This document shows, piece by piece, positions 34,075-58,879 of a stretch of DNA of 64,000 nucleotides. The stretch is from Schmidtea polychroa. Its lineage: Eukaryota. A program made the position numbers and the translations under genes. The DNA lies in assembly GCA_044892525.1 (NCBI GenBank), contig CM097886.1, positions 13,578,001-13,642,000 on the forward strand, written 5' to 3'. The notes beneath the pieces were generated by a model, which saw only the letters and a list, made by a program, of their open reading frames with translations, was not told the DNA's origin and made no database searches. Within the stretch, counting starts at the first letter, position 1. Each line of letters begins with the position of its first letter.

Positions 34075-36225
34075 AATGAATAGTTTTGCTACAATGATCA
34101 TTGATTACCTTATAATAATTATTATTATTATATTATTTATTCACCCTGCAGATTGAACCGATTCGTGTATAAATTAAATCATTGCATTGAATATTTTCTA
34201 GTTCTTTCATTTGCAGGTATCGGTACAGAATCGAAGCATTCCATCGTTTGTCTGTTGAATTTATAAATCTCGTTGTTTATTTGTGGAGTTAAAATTAATC
34301 TGGTAAAATGAAATGAAAAATGCGGTTCCGAAAATTTGTGTTAAATATGAAAAATAAATAAAACTGATCTCACGTCTTCATGGTGGTAATTAAAATTTTA
34401 TTATTTATTCAAAAATATTTTTAAATAAAACCAAAATTATTATTTTTATGGGTCATTCGCGCAGTTACTATGACGAATTTCCATATCTTTGAACATGCAT
34501 AATTCATGGATATCAACTTGTCACATCAATATTTTTAACAGTAAGAGCCAATAAAATGTTGCATAATATGAATTCTGACCAATCAGCTTCGTTGCCTCAA
34601 TGCGTAATAGCCAGTGATTGGATATACATAAAAGCAGTGGTGAGCTGTGAAAAAAATATCAAAGGGCTCGCAAAAAATTTTGTGTCCAGTAAAAAAATGC
34701 TTTTTTGGTAAAATATTTCACTGTCCAGAAATTTTTTTTTGATATACAAATGCGGTAAAATTGTTTTGAAAATGATTACTACCACAAACATCTTGTTTTA
34801 CATACGTTTTCCCATTAAAACATTAGAAATTTTAATTTGAAGTGAAGCGCAAAATCACAGTTGAAAGAACAACAATAAGCTCGCAAAATTTTTTAAAAGT
34901 TAATAAGGGGCTTTACCGAGCCCATACGGGACATGCATAGCTCACCACTACATATAAGTATTATCCAATGAAATGGAGCGATTTGGTAGCCATATTCAGT
35001 AAGTTGGAATCCACATTGCATGGATTCTAATAATTCATTATCAATATATGGTAAGGCGAATAAATAGCTATATTGCAATTAGTTTAATCATTTGCAAATT
35101 TTCAAGGGGTTTTATATGTTGTTATATACTACTGATTTGTTGATCTACAACTGTTCACAATCAATATTACACATTAATGATTTTATTTGTGTGTTGTTTA
35201 CATCTCGTTACCACTTATCGTTTACTAATATGAATTTTTGTTTAAAAAACCGAGTAAATTTTATTTATAGACGTGACTATTGATAATTCAAGTCTTGTTA
35301 TTGTCAAATTTATATAAGTACTGATTGGAATGTTTTATTTCTCGTATATTTTACTATAATATTCGTTATTCCCTTACAATAATTAATACCGGGAAATTTG
35401 GGGTACGCTCCAGCATGTTATTATCTCATTTACTATAAGGAAATAGCAAAATTTTGCCAACTTTTCTTTTTATTATCTCTGAAGTTATTCGTAAATTTCG
35501 CTGCCAACTTAGGAGCTCTAAAACTAGGAGTCTCTAATTTTGGGAACTTTCCATGGCCTGACAAATTATCTAGTTTACCTGAAGGAAATATTTCCAAGTA
35601 ATAAATATACGTATATTCAATATGACCAGTAATTACCATTCAGACAAGTGATATTTCTCTGATCTTCAATTATTTAAACAAATTTCTTTTGTAACGGAAT
35701 AAAATTAAATCTTCTAACGAGTTCTATTTTATTTCAGCGAATGATATTTTCGATTTCCGTAATCTAGATGAATCATTTAGAACTGTACAGGTCCTCTGAT
35801 ATAGTGCATAATTTAGCCCCATCCCCCTTGTCAAATTACCGTTTGCTGTCTAAGTCAACTAATAGTAAATTTTGATTGCCTATATCAGTTTATGAAGCAC
35901 TGAGGATGTGTTGATTGTATTATTGGTCATATATACTCAACACAATTCATTAGGTCTAATGTATATCAAAAGTAAACTAATTAATAATTCCAGCTCAAAT
36001 AAACATTTAATGAAAGTAACTAAATCTGTCAAATAGTATATTACAAACTTATGACCTTTACCCTTGTCACGACTATTGTGCGCGTCGCACACAAGTCATA
36101 TGTGCCAATGGTGTATCAGATTTCTCTGGCACAGCACCATTTCTGGAAATACACCACATCATTGTTATATTGATTGTATTTAGTGCTGAAAATTACAATT
36201 TATTCTCACCTGATCAATCTCACAA

Positions 36226-37644
36226 ATGCATTTATCTAACACGAAGGTTCTTTATGATCAGAAGACAATAACAAATGAAAATGATGTATGTGAACAATCT
36301 GCCAGTGGTTGTGATTCTGGAATCTCATTATTAAATTCTACTTTTCGTGAGAAAAACGAAGAATTTCACAATTACAGGTCGATTGAAGAAGTGATCAAAG
36401 CATTAATTGCATATTCAGTGCCGCAATCCTCAGCAAATTCATGGAGCGGAACGAAATCGAATGATTCCAATAACTCCTCCAACACTTCCTCGAATCACTT
36501 GGCCTGCCTATTTGATAGTCATAACATTGCTCATGTTGGGAAAAACCAAAACGTTATGCATAATTTCATTGAGGATCGAGGAGTGAGCAATATAAATCAC
36601 TATCAAGGATTGCGAGTGGACGACAGAATCGGAATGATAATGGTCCATTGCTGTCTTATCACATGCCAGTCACAGATGCCTCTTATTGAAGCTAGAAAGG
36701 TATTCAAATCGTGCCATCATTGTTTCACATACTATTGTAGTGGTGAATGTCGGCAACAAGATTGGCCGAACCACAAGATGACGATCTGCCCCATTGGTAG
36801 GGCTATCAGTGCTCTTAAAGCTGTAATTAAAAGACTTCTTTCCAACGAAACTGATCATAATACATTTTCAAATTTGGGAAGAGGGGGATATCTAAGGATG
36901 GGTAGAGGTTGTATTGTCGTATGGTTTCCAAATTGTCGGAATGCGGAGAACTTTGCTAAATTTGGATCTAGTCACATGGATAATAGCCCAGTCTATGTTT
37001 GCATAAAAAATATCCATATCCTCATTTCCAAATTCCTCCCAAACTCATTGTCTGCAGTGAATGAAGCCTGCAAAGTATACGACCCAGATAAGAGTATGGT
37101 CATCAATATCTCAATAGCAGTAGATGAAAGCTTAACAAAAACACGTCCTGCAAAGATCCGACATTCCACAATTCATGCTGTCAAGAAATGCGTTACGATT
37201 TCTCTGTCAAAGATTTTCATCGATTGTCTTGCACATAAAGGAGCATTTGATCAATTCCGCCCCACCTCATTACTGCTGACAATGCTTCCAAATCAGTGTA
37301 ATTCAATGCTTTTGAATTATAAAGATAGGCAAATAATATTTGTAAATATTCTTAGACAATTAGAATCTAGGGGGGTCGATCTGAAAAGAAATTATCCATA
37401 TTTGTACAGAAATCTTGTCCATTTTGTTGAGAGAAACAAAGAGTTTTCTCCAACTACAATTTATCCTACAGACATCTCGACAGGGAGAGCTTTTGTTTGC
37501 ATGATTGCTCCACAAAGTGAACCCATAATGTTACCAAATCAAAACCAAGATATTGCTTCAAATAGATCATCATTTGGGAGTTTTATGGCAGAATTGGAAG
37601 CCTTAACATCAGATTGGGAGAAATGTGACATCACAGATCTCTAG
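36226..37644 (+). CDS. AJM1: Apical junction component 1-like protein (zf-MYND plus AJM1 C-terminal domain)
   Basis: EARKVFKSCHHCFTYYCSGECRQQDWPNHK, FSNLGRGGYLRMGRGC and LESRGVDLKRNYPYLYRNLVHFVERNKEFSPTTIYPTDISTGRAFVCMIAPQSEP match the AJM1 (C9orf172)/C. elegans AJM-1 conserved region. Confidence 0.85.
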   Translation: MHLSNTKVLYDQKTITNENDVCEQSASGCDSGISLLNSTFREKNEEFHNYRSIEEVIKALIAYSVPQSSANSWSGTKSNDSNNSSNTSSNHLACLFDSHNIAHVGKNQNVMHNFIEDRGVSNINHYQGLRVDDRIGMIMVHCCLITCQSQMPLIEARKVFKSCHHCFTYYCSGECRQQDWPNHKMTICPIGRAISALKAVIKRLLSNETDHNTFSNLGRGGYLRMGRGCIVVWFPNCRNAENFAKFGSSHMDNSPVYVCIKNIHILISKFLPNSLSAVNEACKVYDPDKSMVINISIAVDESLTKTRPAKIRHSTIHAVKKCVTISLSKIFIDCLAHKGAFDQFRPTSLLLTMLPNQCNSMLLNYKDRQIIFVNILRQLESRGVDLKRNYPYLYRNLVHFVERNKEFSPTTIYPTDISTGRAFVCMIAPQSEPIMLPNQNQDIASNRSSFGSFMAELEALTSDWEKCDITDL

Positions 37645-37819
37645 TTCTTATATTTATATTCATATTTCACTCCGTCCATTATAATTTGCAATTGCCCAGT
37701 TTCGTTCAGTTCTTGGATTCTGCGTTTTCCTCTGAGTCAAATTATTCAGAAATGTCTTGTTAAAATATCTTATAAAAATACAACTCAAAACTCTTATAAG
37801 AATTATTTAACTCTTCGTT

Positions 37820-38400
37820 AAATGGAGGATAACAATGTCCCCAAACTTGCTCTCACTAGACACCTTTCAACACAAACCGAAGTTGACAGACCAAGTTAAA
37901 TTTTATTGACACGTAAAAAGTTTCATTGTGAGCTAGGAAAATCAAGATAAATAAAATAGAAAATTGGTAGCCCCTTCACTAAAACTGTCATCTCTTGTAA
38001 AGCAGTCAGAGAATGTCAATATGGGGCTGCATCAGCAATTGTTGTATATAATGAAAGGAGGCACAAGGTTATGTCAATGTGAAGAATGAACTATAGTGAG
38101 TTGGTACTTGGATACACAGTTTTTTGTATATAGTATAGAGGGTCATAGCAGTTATGTCAACATAAGGATTTAACTATGATAAGGTTTTTGAAGTGTCAGG
38201 AATTTTTGAATTTGGAATTGTGGTCACAGTACTTGTTATAAACCATAAAGATACTCGGCCATGTTTGGTCATGGAATCTTGGAATAAGTAAATTTATTGC
38301 CGATGTGCTTAATCGAAAGATCAGTGGCATGAAGCTGCCATCCGAGAGATTAAGATTGAACATCTCCAAGTCTGAATCTCGCCTAAAAGCCATATTATTT
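37820..38400. mobile_element. Highly decayed non-LTR (LINE) 3' relics
   Basis: MEDNNVPKLALT...DRPS on + resembles the RTE-type C-terminal RM.D.R.PK..L...GRP motif. LLIPRFH on - resembles CR1/L2 tails. Confidence 0.35.
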
Positions 38401-38624
38401 TGTGGCATTTATTGCAATTACTTTTTTTATTATAGTGTTGGGGTTGGACTCGATAAAACAATTGCCATAAGGGCTAATCAATAAATAATAATTATTATAA
38501 ATAAATAAATATTATAAATAGATGTAGAATTACTGTTATGTTACTTGTAATGTTTTGTATATTATAGAGAAACTTGTAGACCCCGGTAGAGTCGACTTTG
38601 AAAATACTTTATCGGGACAGCTGG

Positions 38625-40637
38625 CAGTGGCGGATTTAGATTTTGGTGCGTGGGGGCCGGGAAAATTTTCAGGGGGCGCCACAAATTATGAAGATGGTAC
38701 TACTTATTTTCGTGAGTATTGAGTGAATACTAATATTATTAAAAAGCATTATATTCAGTAAATTTATTCTAGTAAATTTATTGATGTAACAAACATACAA
38801 ATTTTTTTATTATTTAAATTGCTTCCTGCGTGATTTCATTGAAGCAAAACGATTTATAGTCGATTCAAGGTCAATGTTCTCAGCCAGTTCGCGTTCTATT
38901 GAAATTAATGCTAATCCAGACAGACGTTCGTTTGTCATTGTTGATCGCAAATAATTTTTGATGATTTTCAGTCTACTGAAACTTCTTTCAGCAGTAGCAG
39001 ATGTAACAGGAAGAGTCGAGTATATTTTATAGAGAATTGTCAAATTGGGAAGTCCTGGTGCCATCTGTTTTTCAACCAAGAAAGGCAGCACCTCTTTAAG
39101 TTGTAGTTCACAAGATGGTAATGGGCGTATTGATGCATACACGTATTTGAAAGTATCATATTCTAGGATTGCTTCTTCAATATTAATATCGTTTTTGTAA
39201 ATGTCGCATAAATTTTGAAAAGATTCTTTATTTTCTTCTGATATTTGTGATGGATCAAGACTGGAGAATAAAGCAACAGTGTTATGAAAATCATTAAAAC
39301 GTTCATCTGGTTGTGTTACAAGTGTATCCAAGACATTGAAATACGTTTCACATTTGAAGCGTATAGTTGGATCATCAACCCATTCATCTCTGTTAAGTTC
39401 ACCTGCCATGCGTTTCCTTTTTGCAACTCGCTTTTCTTTAAATTCTGTTTCAACATCTAGTAAAGAACAATTTTTGATAATAAATGATTTTACAGCAACA
39501 TTTAGACTTTCAAAAGCTTTATCACTTCTCATATCAGCAAACTTATTTCTGACAACATAAATCAATTGTTTTGCAAACGCAATATCAATGTCCTTTTGTT
39601 GCAAATAGTTTGATAACACAAAGATATTATCTAACAGCTTTTGTAAAAATAGCATCAGAAAAACAAAAGAATATTTTGTTATCAAAATTGATAGTCCCAT
39701 AGCTTCTGCTCTGACACTTCCTTTGTGTTCTTTTGATTCCCCAAAATTTATATCTTCCAGAGTAGATATAATAGCGGAGAATGATCCAACAACTGCATCA
39801 ACTGCATGCTTTCGGCTTGCCCATCTTGTATCAGAAAGTCGTTTTAGAGTATCTACTGTCGATTCATATCGAGACTTTTGATGTTCTTCGAGAATATGTA
39901 GTCGTGGTAGACTTGATGTAAGGAAAGTATACAACTTTTCTGTTGTACCAAAAAACAACTGAACATCACTGTTAAGAGACATTGCTTCAATAGTCACCAA
40001 ATTCAATGCATGAGAACAACAGTGAACAAAGATGGCATTTGGTGAAAGTGTCTTTATCTTAGTTTGAAGACCATTTTTAATCCCAGACATCACAGAGGCA
40101 CCATCATATGCCTGTCCCTACAAAGTGTAATTTTATATATATTATTTGCGGATATTTGCGGATATTTGCGGATAATTCTGAGGCAAGTGATTGAATTAGG
40201 TCATTTTGTACATCATGACATAAATAAAGTTCATTTTTCTTTTCAAACTTTAGATGATTATCCAAAGTGGAATCATATTTAGCCAATAAAAATAGCAATT
40301 CACGAAAATTTCCAGTATTACTACACCTGTCAAAGCCAGAATGTTCTCTGTGTCCTCTAAATGGAAAACCTTGTTTTGCTAAAAACAACGTTGCATCTAC
40401 CATTCGTTTCAAAACTTCGCTATTTTTTCTACTTGATAACGCTATGTAATATTATTAATATGATGCAGCATAACAGCTGGAGTTGCTTAAATCCAGTTGA
40501 TCTTTGTACACAGACAAAACTGTAATAAGAGAAAAAATTCATAAAATTATCTTTGGGGGGGGGGCGCCAATTAGGATTCAACAGGGGCGTGGAGGGGCGA
40601 CTCGCCCCCCCCACGGCTATAGCTAAATCCGCTACTG
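38625..40637 (-). mobile_element. hAT DNA transposon, 2013 bp, internally deleted (ZMYM1-like transposase)
   Basis: 15-bp TIRs CAGTGGCGGATTTAG / CTAAATCCGCTACTG (14/15 match) and a perfect 8-bp TSD ACAGCTGG. Transposase pieces LAKQGFPFRGHRE..GNFRELL, GQAYDGASVMSG, FVHCCSHALNL, TRWASR and PVTSATAERSFSRLKIIKNYLRSTMTNERL. The segment with the first catalytic Asp is missing at about 40110-40180. Confidence 0.95.
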
Positions 40638-42744
40638 ACAGCTGGGGTGCTTGTGTGTATAATTTATAATTAATGTAATTTATAATTTCGACAATTAAAA
40701 TAAATAAATTAATATAAAAAACTAATTTAGCTTTACGTTTATTTAACAACAAAAATATAAATTGAATTGGATGGAAAAATCTTTTTGGTATCATTTGAAA
40801 TGAGAAAATACCCGTTATTAAAATTAAAATCCCGGGATATTGATAGCTTTTCTTCGGATGATTTTTTTCAGTTGTCATTAATCTGTTTGTAAATTGTAAT
40901 TGATTATTTTTTTATAATTCTCTATAGCATTAATTTACTATAGAATTATCCTATATAGTTTAATTATATTTTTTTCTACATAGACAACCATAATAAAAAT
41001 AATAATTACAGTTGCTAATTACAAATAAAAAGTTAACATCACACTACAGATATAAATAATTTATTATTGACATACTATATATAATTACTTTATATAAACT
41101 ATTTACTAAATATGGTAATTTATAAAATAAAATATATATAAATAGTAAATATTAGTTATTAGATAATTATAAAATAAATTAATATAAAAGGAGGAATATT
41201 AGTAACTGAGAGTTTAATTAAAATATCAAGCTTTAATCAGTATTGATTGTAAAGCATTGACAATAATTTCCCAATTGAGACTATTGACCAATCTTACTTG
41301 ATTAATAACGGCTGCGATATTCTGAGAAACAAATTTATTCTCAACAGCTGTTGATTGTTGAATACATATATTCAAGCAGATTTTGAAGAGAAAATTATAG
41401 TGAAAAATTTGTAAAAGAGAATTCTAAAGGAGAAAATATTGTCGAATAATAGATAATAACCATAAAGTCGATTTATCTATTTATTTGTTTAATAATTAAA
41501 TAAAGCACATCGGACCACATGTATCAACATTTCTGCTTGATTTACTTGTTGGTAATAAATTTAAAGAAGAGAAAGAGGTAATTGTGTCACGATTCTACAC
41601 GATCGCGTAAAAATTCGAACTCTCCCTCCATTTTGTAACTATTCTTATTAGTCCAGCGCTGTGAGACAATTAGACCTAGCGTGTGGCTTCTTTAACTGAG
41701 GATGGTTTGTATAACCTATCTCTGTACGTCATTAATAGCGGGATTTTTGGGTTTACATATATTTGCAAATTGTAAATATTGTGCATAATTTATATTTTTA
41801 AAACAGAAATAATAAATGTATTCATTTCATAATATTATTTATTTTTACAAACTATCAAGTTTATCTTTGGAGTCAGATAAATCAGTACATTGTATTAGAT
41901 ATCTTCGTTCATAAGATCAATCCTAACAAAAGTGCAAATAATTAATTATTTATAGATAAGTTATTATTAAATATCTTAGGGTTATCTACACTTTTTAGCC
42001 ACTCTATTTGTTTTTCTTTCGTTCACTCCTACATTACCGTATACCCACCAGCTGAGCACCCGAAGGCCCGTATACAGTGTTTCAACTCCACGGTCACTTC
42101 TATTCCAAACACAAAAATACAAAAGAGAAACAAACGACAAAAAGAATAAATAAAAAGAAATATAACTAAAACTCGATTGAATATAAAGATTTATTAGCTT
42201 AAAACATTGCATAACAATTACACATTAAAATAAAATTACCAAATCCACTACCACAATGGCATAAACCGAAAATTGAGAGAAGGTTACAATATCAAAATCA
42301 TAACAAGTTATAAGTTGAAGTTGAAAACTAGTTGTTTAACCATTGTAAATCAGTATTTATATTGATTTTGATTGTGCATTCATGCATTCTCTGCCACTAT
42401 ATCCAATCGGAATGCAGTAAAGTTGAATCTCGTTACGCACACATATATGACTGTGTGCAATTTTTTAATTTAATTTAATTTAATTTAATTAATCAAATTA
42501 TTTAATTTTTATTAATTTAATTTTATAAAATTTTTTACTTTAAATAATTTTAGCTAATTTTATTTTAATTTTCATTAATTTTAACCATTTAATTCTATAA
42601 ATTTCATAATTTAGATAATTTTTACCTAATTTTATTTAAAATTTTATTCTTTTATCTATAAAAAATTTTTAGTTTCGATTTTTAAATTTCTTTATTTTAT
42701 TTCATTTAATTTTTTTAATAAATTTTCCTGATTCCTTTTCTTAA

Positions 42745-43042
42745 CCCTTTCGCGGACACGTCGGCACAGGCAGACACTACAAATTGCTTAAATTGCGGCA
42801 CGTCGGTATGTGCCGACACATAAAAAATATCGTACATAAACACGTGGATTGCATTGTTTTTATATGTAGGAGCATATTTTGTGCCCTTACAGAAGCAATC
42901 AGAATATAGTTAGTGACCCAATTAGATTTTTTTGTACTCTTATGTTTAGCCATAATCGAATTTAAATATCTGCATTAAAACCCAAATGATTACTTGTGTC
43001 ACTTTGCGAACATTTTCTAAATTTAATGTGTCTGCGAAGGGG
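42745..43042. mobile_element. piggyBac-type MITE, 298 bp
   Basis: TTAA on both sides. TIRs ccctttcgcggacac / gtgtctgcgaagggg (13/15 match). No ORF. Confidence 0.85.
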
Positions 43043-44101
43043 TTAAAGTATGCACTCATTGCACTCATAAAGCTCCGTGTGTAAATACGAGCCACAACAT
43101 CCCTAATTAATTCGATTATGGTCTTTCGTATGTAAATATGACCAATAATCCTTCTTAAAATTTCTTTTCATATTATTAATAAATTTATTATCAATTATTT
43201 TATTTATTATTATTTTAATTTTTTAGTTGGCAGGTTTTTTGAATGTGATATTTCTTTTAACTGCGTTGGTGCTTGTAACTTCTTGTGTTTCTTGATTTTA
43301 TTATACGTGTTTTATTTATTCTCAATGTGTTATGTACTTTATTTTGAATTATTTGGTGTATGATCATAAATGTTAATTCAACTTGGTGTGGCTTTTATGT
43401 TATGTATTTTCGATTCATTAAAAAAACTCTCAATTCTCGGTTCTAGCCCAACAATGTGATAGAAATCTGATGAATTTGGATGTTGTCGTTGTCATGTATG
43501 TCGTCATTATCACATGCAAATAGGTCATGCAATAATGACACGTAACGATATCATGTAATTATATCATACAGTTATGTCATGAAATCATGTCATGAAATTA
43601 AGTCATGCAATCATGTCATTCAATCATGTCATCCAGTCATTCATGCAATTATCTCATTCAATCATTTCATGCAATTTCTTTCTCCATACTCGTATAGCAA
43701 TGTAGCTATAATAAGGTCACTTACATTTCTTATATCATGTTCGATTAATCAATTTGATTGATGCTGGTAAGGTGTCATAATTCTTTGTGTAAAGTTGTTG
43801 TTAATCAGCCTGTGGCCTTTTTCTGGTACGTTCGATTTTTAAATGGTTTAATTTCTACTAACTTTAATATTTCCTTTTCCGCTCTCTTCAAACTTTTATT
43901 TTCTTTTCTTCGACCAACTGGGAATTATGTTTCTTTGCTGGTTCCTTTTATACTTGACCCGTCAATTGATTTTAATTCGTCAAGCCCTTCGTATCCAATT
44001 TCCCGGGCTTCCTCCTATCTCTTTCTCTCATTATTCTAATTTAATTTTCGTCGGCCGATCTAATTTCCCCTTTGATCGACCATTTAGGCTCTCCCATGAC
44101 G

Positions 44102-44220
44102 CTAGGGCTTTCTATTATCTCGGGCTTCCCATTATCTCGGGTTTTTCATTATCTCGGGTTTCCCATTAGCTCGGGTTCTCCATTAGCTCGGGTTTCCCAT
44201 TAGCTCGGGCTTCCCATTAG
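44102..44220. repeat. 17-bp unit array, about 7 copies, same family as 27490-27562
   Basis: cattagctcgggtttcc with a period of 17 bp. Confidence 0.85.
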
Positions 44221-45845
44221 TTAATTCATTTTTAATTAATTTTTGTTTTTTGTAATTTATTCTTTCTAGGGACCCCCCATTGATTTTATTTTATTATATT
44301 TGAACTCGTCTCATAATTTGGCCTCCGCCCATACCAGTTTCCCCCGAAATTATTCAATTTTTGTTTTTTTTGATTATTTTAATTAATCTCTTTGTATTTT
44401 AAATTTATTATTATGAATTTGGTGTTTTCATTGATTTTTACCTCAATTTTATATCTCTTTTATTGAACCCCAACACAATTGAAGATTCTCACAATGCCTC
44501 TTGGTAACAAAATCTTTAAGGTACATATAAATGCGCTCAAAACTCTGTAATTGGAACAATTTGGGGATCAATATATCGAATGGGCTATAAATGATAAATC
44601 GCACAAAGCTGCTGCTAGTACTCCTACTGATCATCCGATCACAGAACATGCAGGCAATGTATACTTTAAGTTCAAATCAACAATTACACTCGGATCACCA
44701 TCGCAATTGAATATCCAAAAAACCAGAAATCAGGATAGTCATATTCAATGAAATGCAATGCCATTACTAAATTCCCAAATACCAAATACACTTTGTACAA
44801 AGATGTGGAATTCAATAACTATATTTTTCCGATTATTATTATGTTCCTACAGTTATATTTAATAAATATAATTATATAATTAATGGTTGTGTAATTGTAA
44901 AATTAAATTTTTTAATATGCTCATTTTGTGATAGAATTTAAAAAACGTGTGTTTTCATCTTGTCAATAAAACTACAGGTAGTATTTAATAAATTTGATTA
45001 ATTAATGATTATATTTAATAAATATGATTATATAATTAATGGTTATATTTAGTAATTTTTGGTTGATTTTCAAGAAATGTCTGTTAATTGAAATATATAT
45101 AATTCGGGTTCATTTAAATCGAGATTCCATAGCAGACGAAGACTAAAATAAAAAAGGAAACTTAAATATTTATTACATAAAATGGGCAACATGATGGGCA
45201 CCAAACAATGGATTTACCAGAAACGCCTCAAAATCTAAGTCAGGTCTTGCCACTTTGTCAGTCATTTAACGGGCTGTCTGTTGTTTTTTATTTATTCCTG
45301 ATGATGAACAGAGATCCCTTCGTTTGGTTGTTATAGTTATTGACTATTTATTTATCTCATTGGTTAATCACTTTTACACAACTGAATTTGGGAGGGTGAA
45401 ACAAACTATAGTTGGATAAACAATGGAGATCTAATGGCAACAGAGTGCAGTTACGGAATATATTCCCACCTCTATGACATGTGGAAATCTTTTTCGACAG
45501 GTGCTACTGTTGCCAATCTCCATGCCAACATAGCATCCGGCTCGTGAATATCCATGCCAACATAGCAACTGCCTAAGAGAACGCGTCACTCACAAATAGG
45601 AGCATCAAACGAGAAAGCACCAGCAAAATCAATAAAAAGCAAACAATAAAAATAATTTATTGATAATAGAAAAAATATTGTCCACATAAATCGATCGAAC
45701 AATGAGCGCATGCGCGCGCGACAACAGTTTGCATGGCAACCACGTGAGCCATATCAACGAGTGTAACGACAACATAACATTGAAAGTATAAAATGAGAAA
45801 CAGGAACTGCAGGAACAATGGGAACAACGGGAACCACAGGAACAA

Positions 45846-56564
<10,719 letters not shown>

Positions 56565-56862
56565 TATTAAATTTTAAATTCTATTTTAATAAATAAAATT
56601 ATTTCAATAAGAGTTCATTAATTTGTTTATTGACTTTATAAATTGAAGCTTTTAAACAAAGTCGATAAGATATTATTTTATCAATGATTATCGATTTATT
56701 TTAAAACAATTAAAATACGAATTACACCAATATTTAGATTATAATATTTATAATAAACAATCATTAAGTTGAAAATACAAATATTTTTGTCAGTTTTATA
56801 ATTAAAATAATTAATTTTGAGTATATATTTAAATTTTCAAAAAAAGAAATAAAGTAACATTC

Positions 56863-58070
56863 TACAGCAGTGTAGCCAGGATTTTTGGGCTGCAATTTTT
56901 TGAATGTGTAATTTTTTATTATCAAGTAAACGAATATAAACATCTTTGTGACGTATTCCTTTGCACAACTCTGTTATAAATTCGTCGAAAGATATCAAAA
57001 TTTCTCTATGAACGCTTAAAACTTCAGTATGTTCAATCTATCTTTCTTTGTCACGTTTCGGTTATCGGTTTTGACTTGTTTAAAGAACGCTCTACTTTTT
57101 CTGTTGTAACTGGAATCACTGCAGAGATTACCAACAAATTATTCATTCATAGGAAAATTATCTTCGGACAAAGTTTCAAGTGATTTGAAGCTGATTTTGG
57201 TTTTCGATCAAGATTTCTCAGTCATTACTGTCACATCTCCACTTCTGCAACGAATGAGTCAAAATATATTTTCAATTTTTCAATATAAATGTTGGGGTCT
57301 CGATAAAAATTGAAATGTTCAACGTTGCTCTGGTGTTTTCTATCTCTTTATAATAATACAAAAGACGTATTATTATATTTCAAATATTTTTTTTACCAAT
57401 ATTTACGAAAGAATATCCGATTCTTCTACACTGATTCTGCAAAAATAAAACGATGCTTGTTAAGTAAATGTTAAATGTTATATATGTTTGTTATATTGCG
57501 TGCGAATTTTTTAACCTTGTTGTAGTATACTTTCTATTTTAAAGTTTTGTAAGAATTTACCTTTCAAAATTACGAGCAGTAGGTTAAACGTTTTGGCGAA
57601 TAATTGTGATTTTAAAGTACTACTTATATTATTTGGATTTATTTCTGGGTTTCTCTGCATAAATATTTTCTTTTGTCCTCTCTTTGCATAAATGTTAACG
57701 CAATATTTATTAGAACCTGTTCTGTAGTAATTCATTAACTCAAAATTATATATGGCTCGTCATCTGTCATTCAACATAAAAGTCAAAAAGAGTCCCAGTT
57801 TCAGCTTCACATTTTCGTCAACTTTCCACGACTCGTCGTAAATGAGATTGTTGAATGCAGAGAGCAAATCATTGTTTTTAAACATTGCCTTTAGTTTGTT
57901 TTGAACTGAGTCCAATAAAAGACAGAGAATTTCGCTAAAGTTTTCCTGGAGTTTGATTTGAGACGTTTTTCTTTGGATTACCTCGAAATTTCGGGACCAA
58001 AACATAATATTCATTTATTACAAAAATATGTGAAAACCGCTCAAGGAAAATAGTTGAATTGGCAAATTAA
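56863..58070 (-). mobile_element. Decayed hAT transposon relic
   Basis: The minus strand reads NLLVISAVIPVTTEKVERSL and DRLNIL..LSVHRE (hAT dimerisation domain, about 56990-57150). A hAT-like end cagcagtgtagccagga lies at about 56865. The other end was not found. Confidence 0.55.
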
Positions 58071-58879
58071 TTGCAAAATAAAGAGGGATGCCATGTATAT
58101 CATGCAAGAGAGATTTGTTAAAAATTATCCACAAATCTCGATGCACTCAATGATTTAAAGTAGAGGGATAGCGGCCCACTGGGACAAAGACATACCCTCT
58201 ACCCCCACCCACCATTAAAAAATTTTTCAAGGTCAAATTTTAAACAAAGACAGATGACTCATCAAGGTCATTGAAACAAATACCATGAGTCATTTGATGA
58301 CTCATTCAAGATCATATGACTCATTCGTGGGTATTCTCAAGGTCATGTGAGTCAAGTGATGAGTCACGCGATTAGTCATGCTAATTTTTTAAATTTAAAT
58401 TTTCAGCGTTCCCGCCAATGGATTTTATTATTTAATTGCTCATTCGAAAGGTATTTGAATGGTGAGTATTTGAGACCATCGAAGGTCTATGGAGGTTCAA
58501 AAACCTTCAAAGGGTTAAAAAATTTTGAATATTTTCAAAACCTTATAATATGTATATCAAACAAAAGGTATACTCTGAGTTTATCCGACAAGTTATTTTG
58601 TCCCCTTATGTGTATTGCTCACAAGGGTATTGGTTACACTCNNNNNNNNNNNNNNNNNNNNNNNNNNNNNNNNNNNNNNNNNNNNNNNNNNNNNNNNNNN
58701 NNNNNNNNNNNNNNNNNNNNNNNNNNNNNNNNNNNNNNNNNNNNNNNNNNNNNNNNNNNNNNNNNNNNNNNNNNNNNNNNNNNNNNNNNNNNNNNNNNNN
58801 NNNNNNNNNNNNNNNNNNNNNNNNNNNNNNNNNNNNNNNNNNNNNNNNNNNNNNNNNNNNNNNNNNNNNTTTGAAAACT

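Noticed and set aside
34890-35900. Possible minus-strand gene between DCAF8 and AJM1
   Set aside because: Only short ORFs with no recognisable motif and no consistent exon chain were found.
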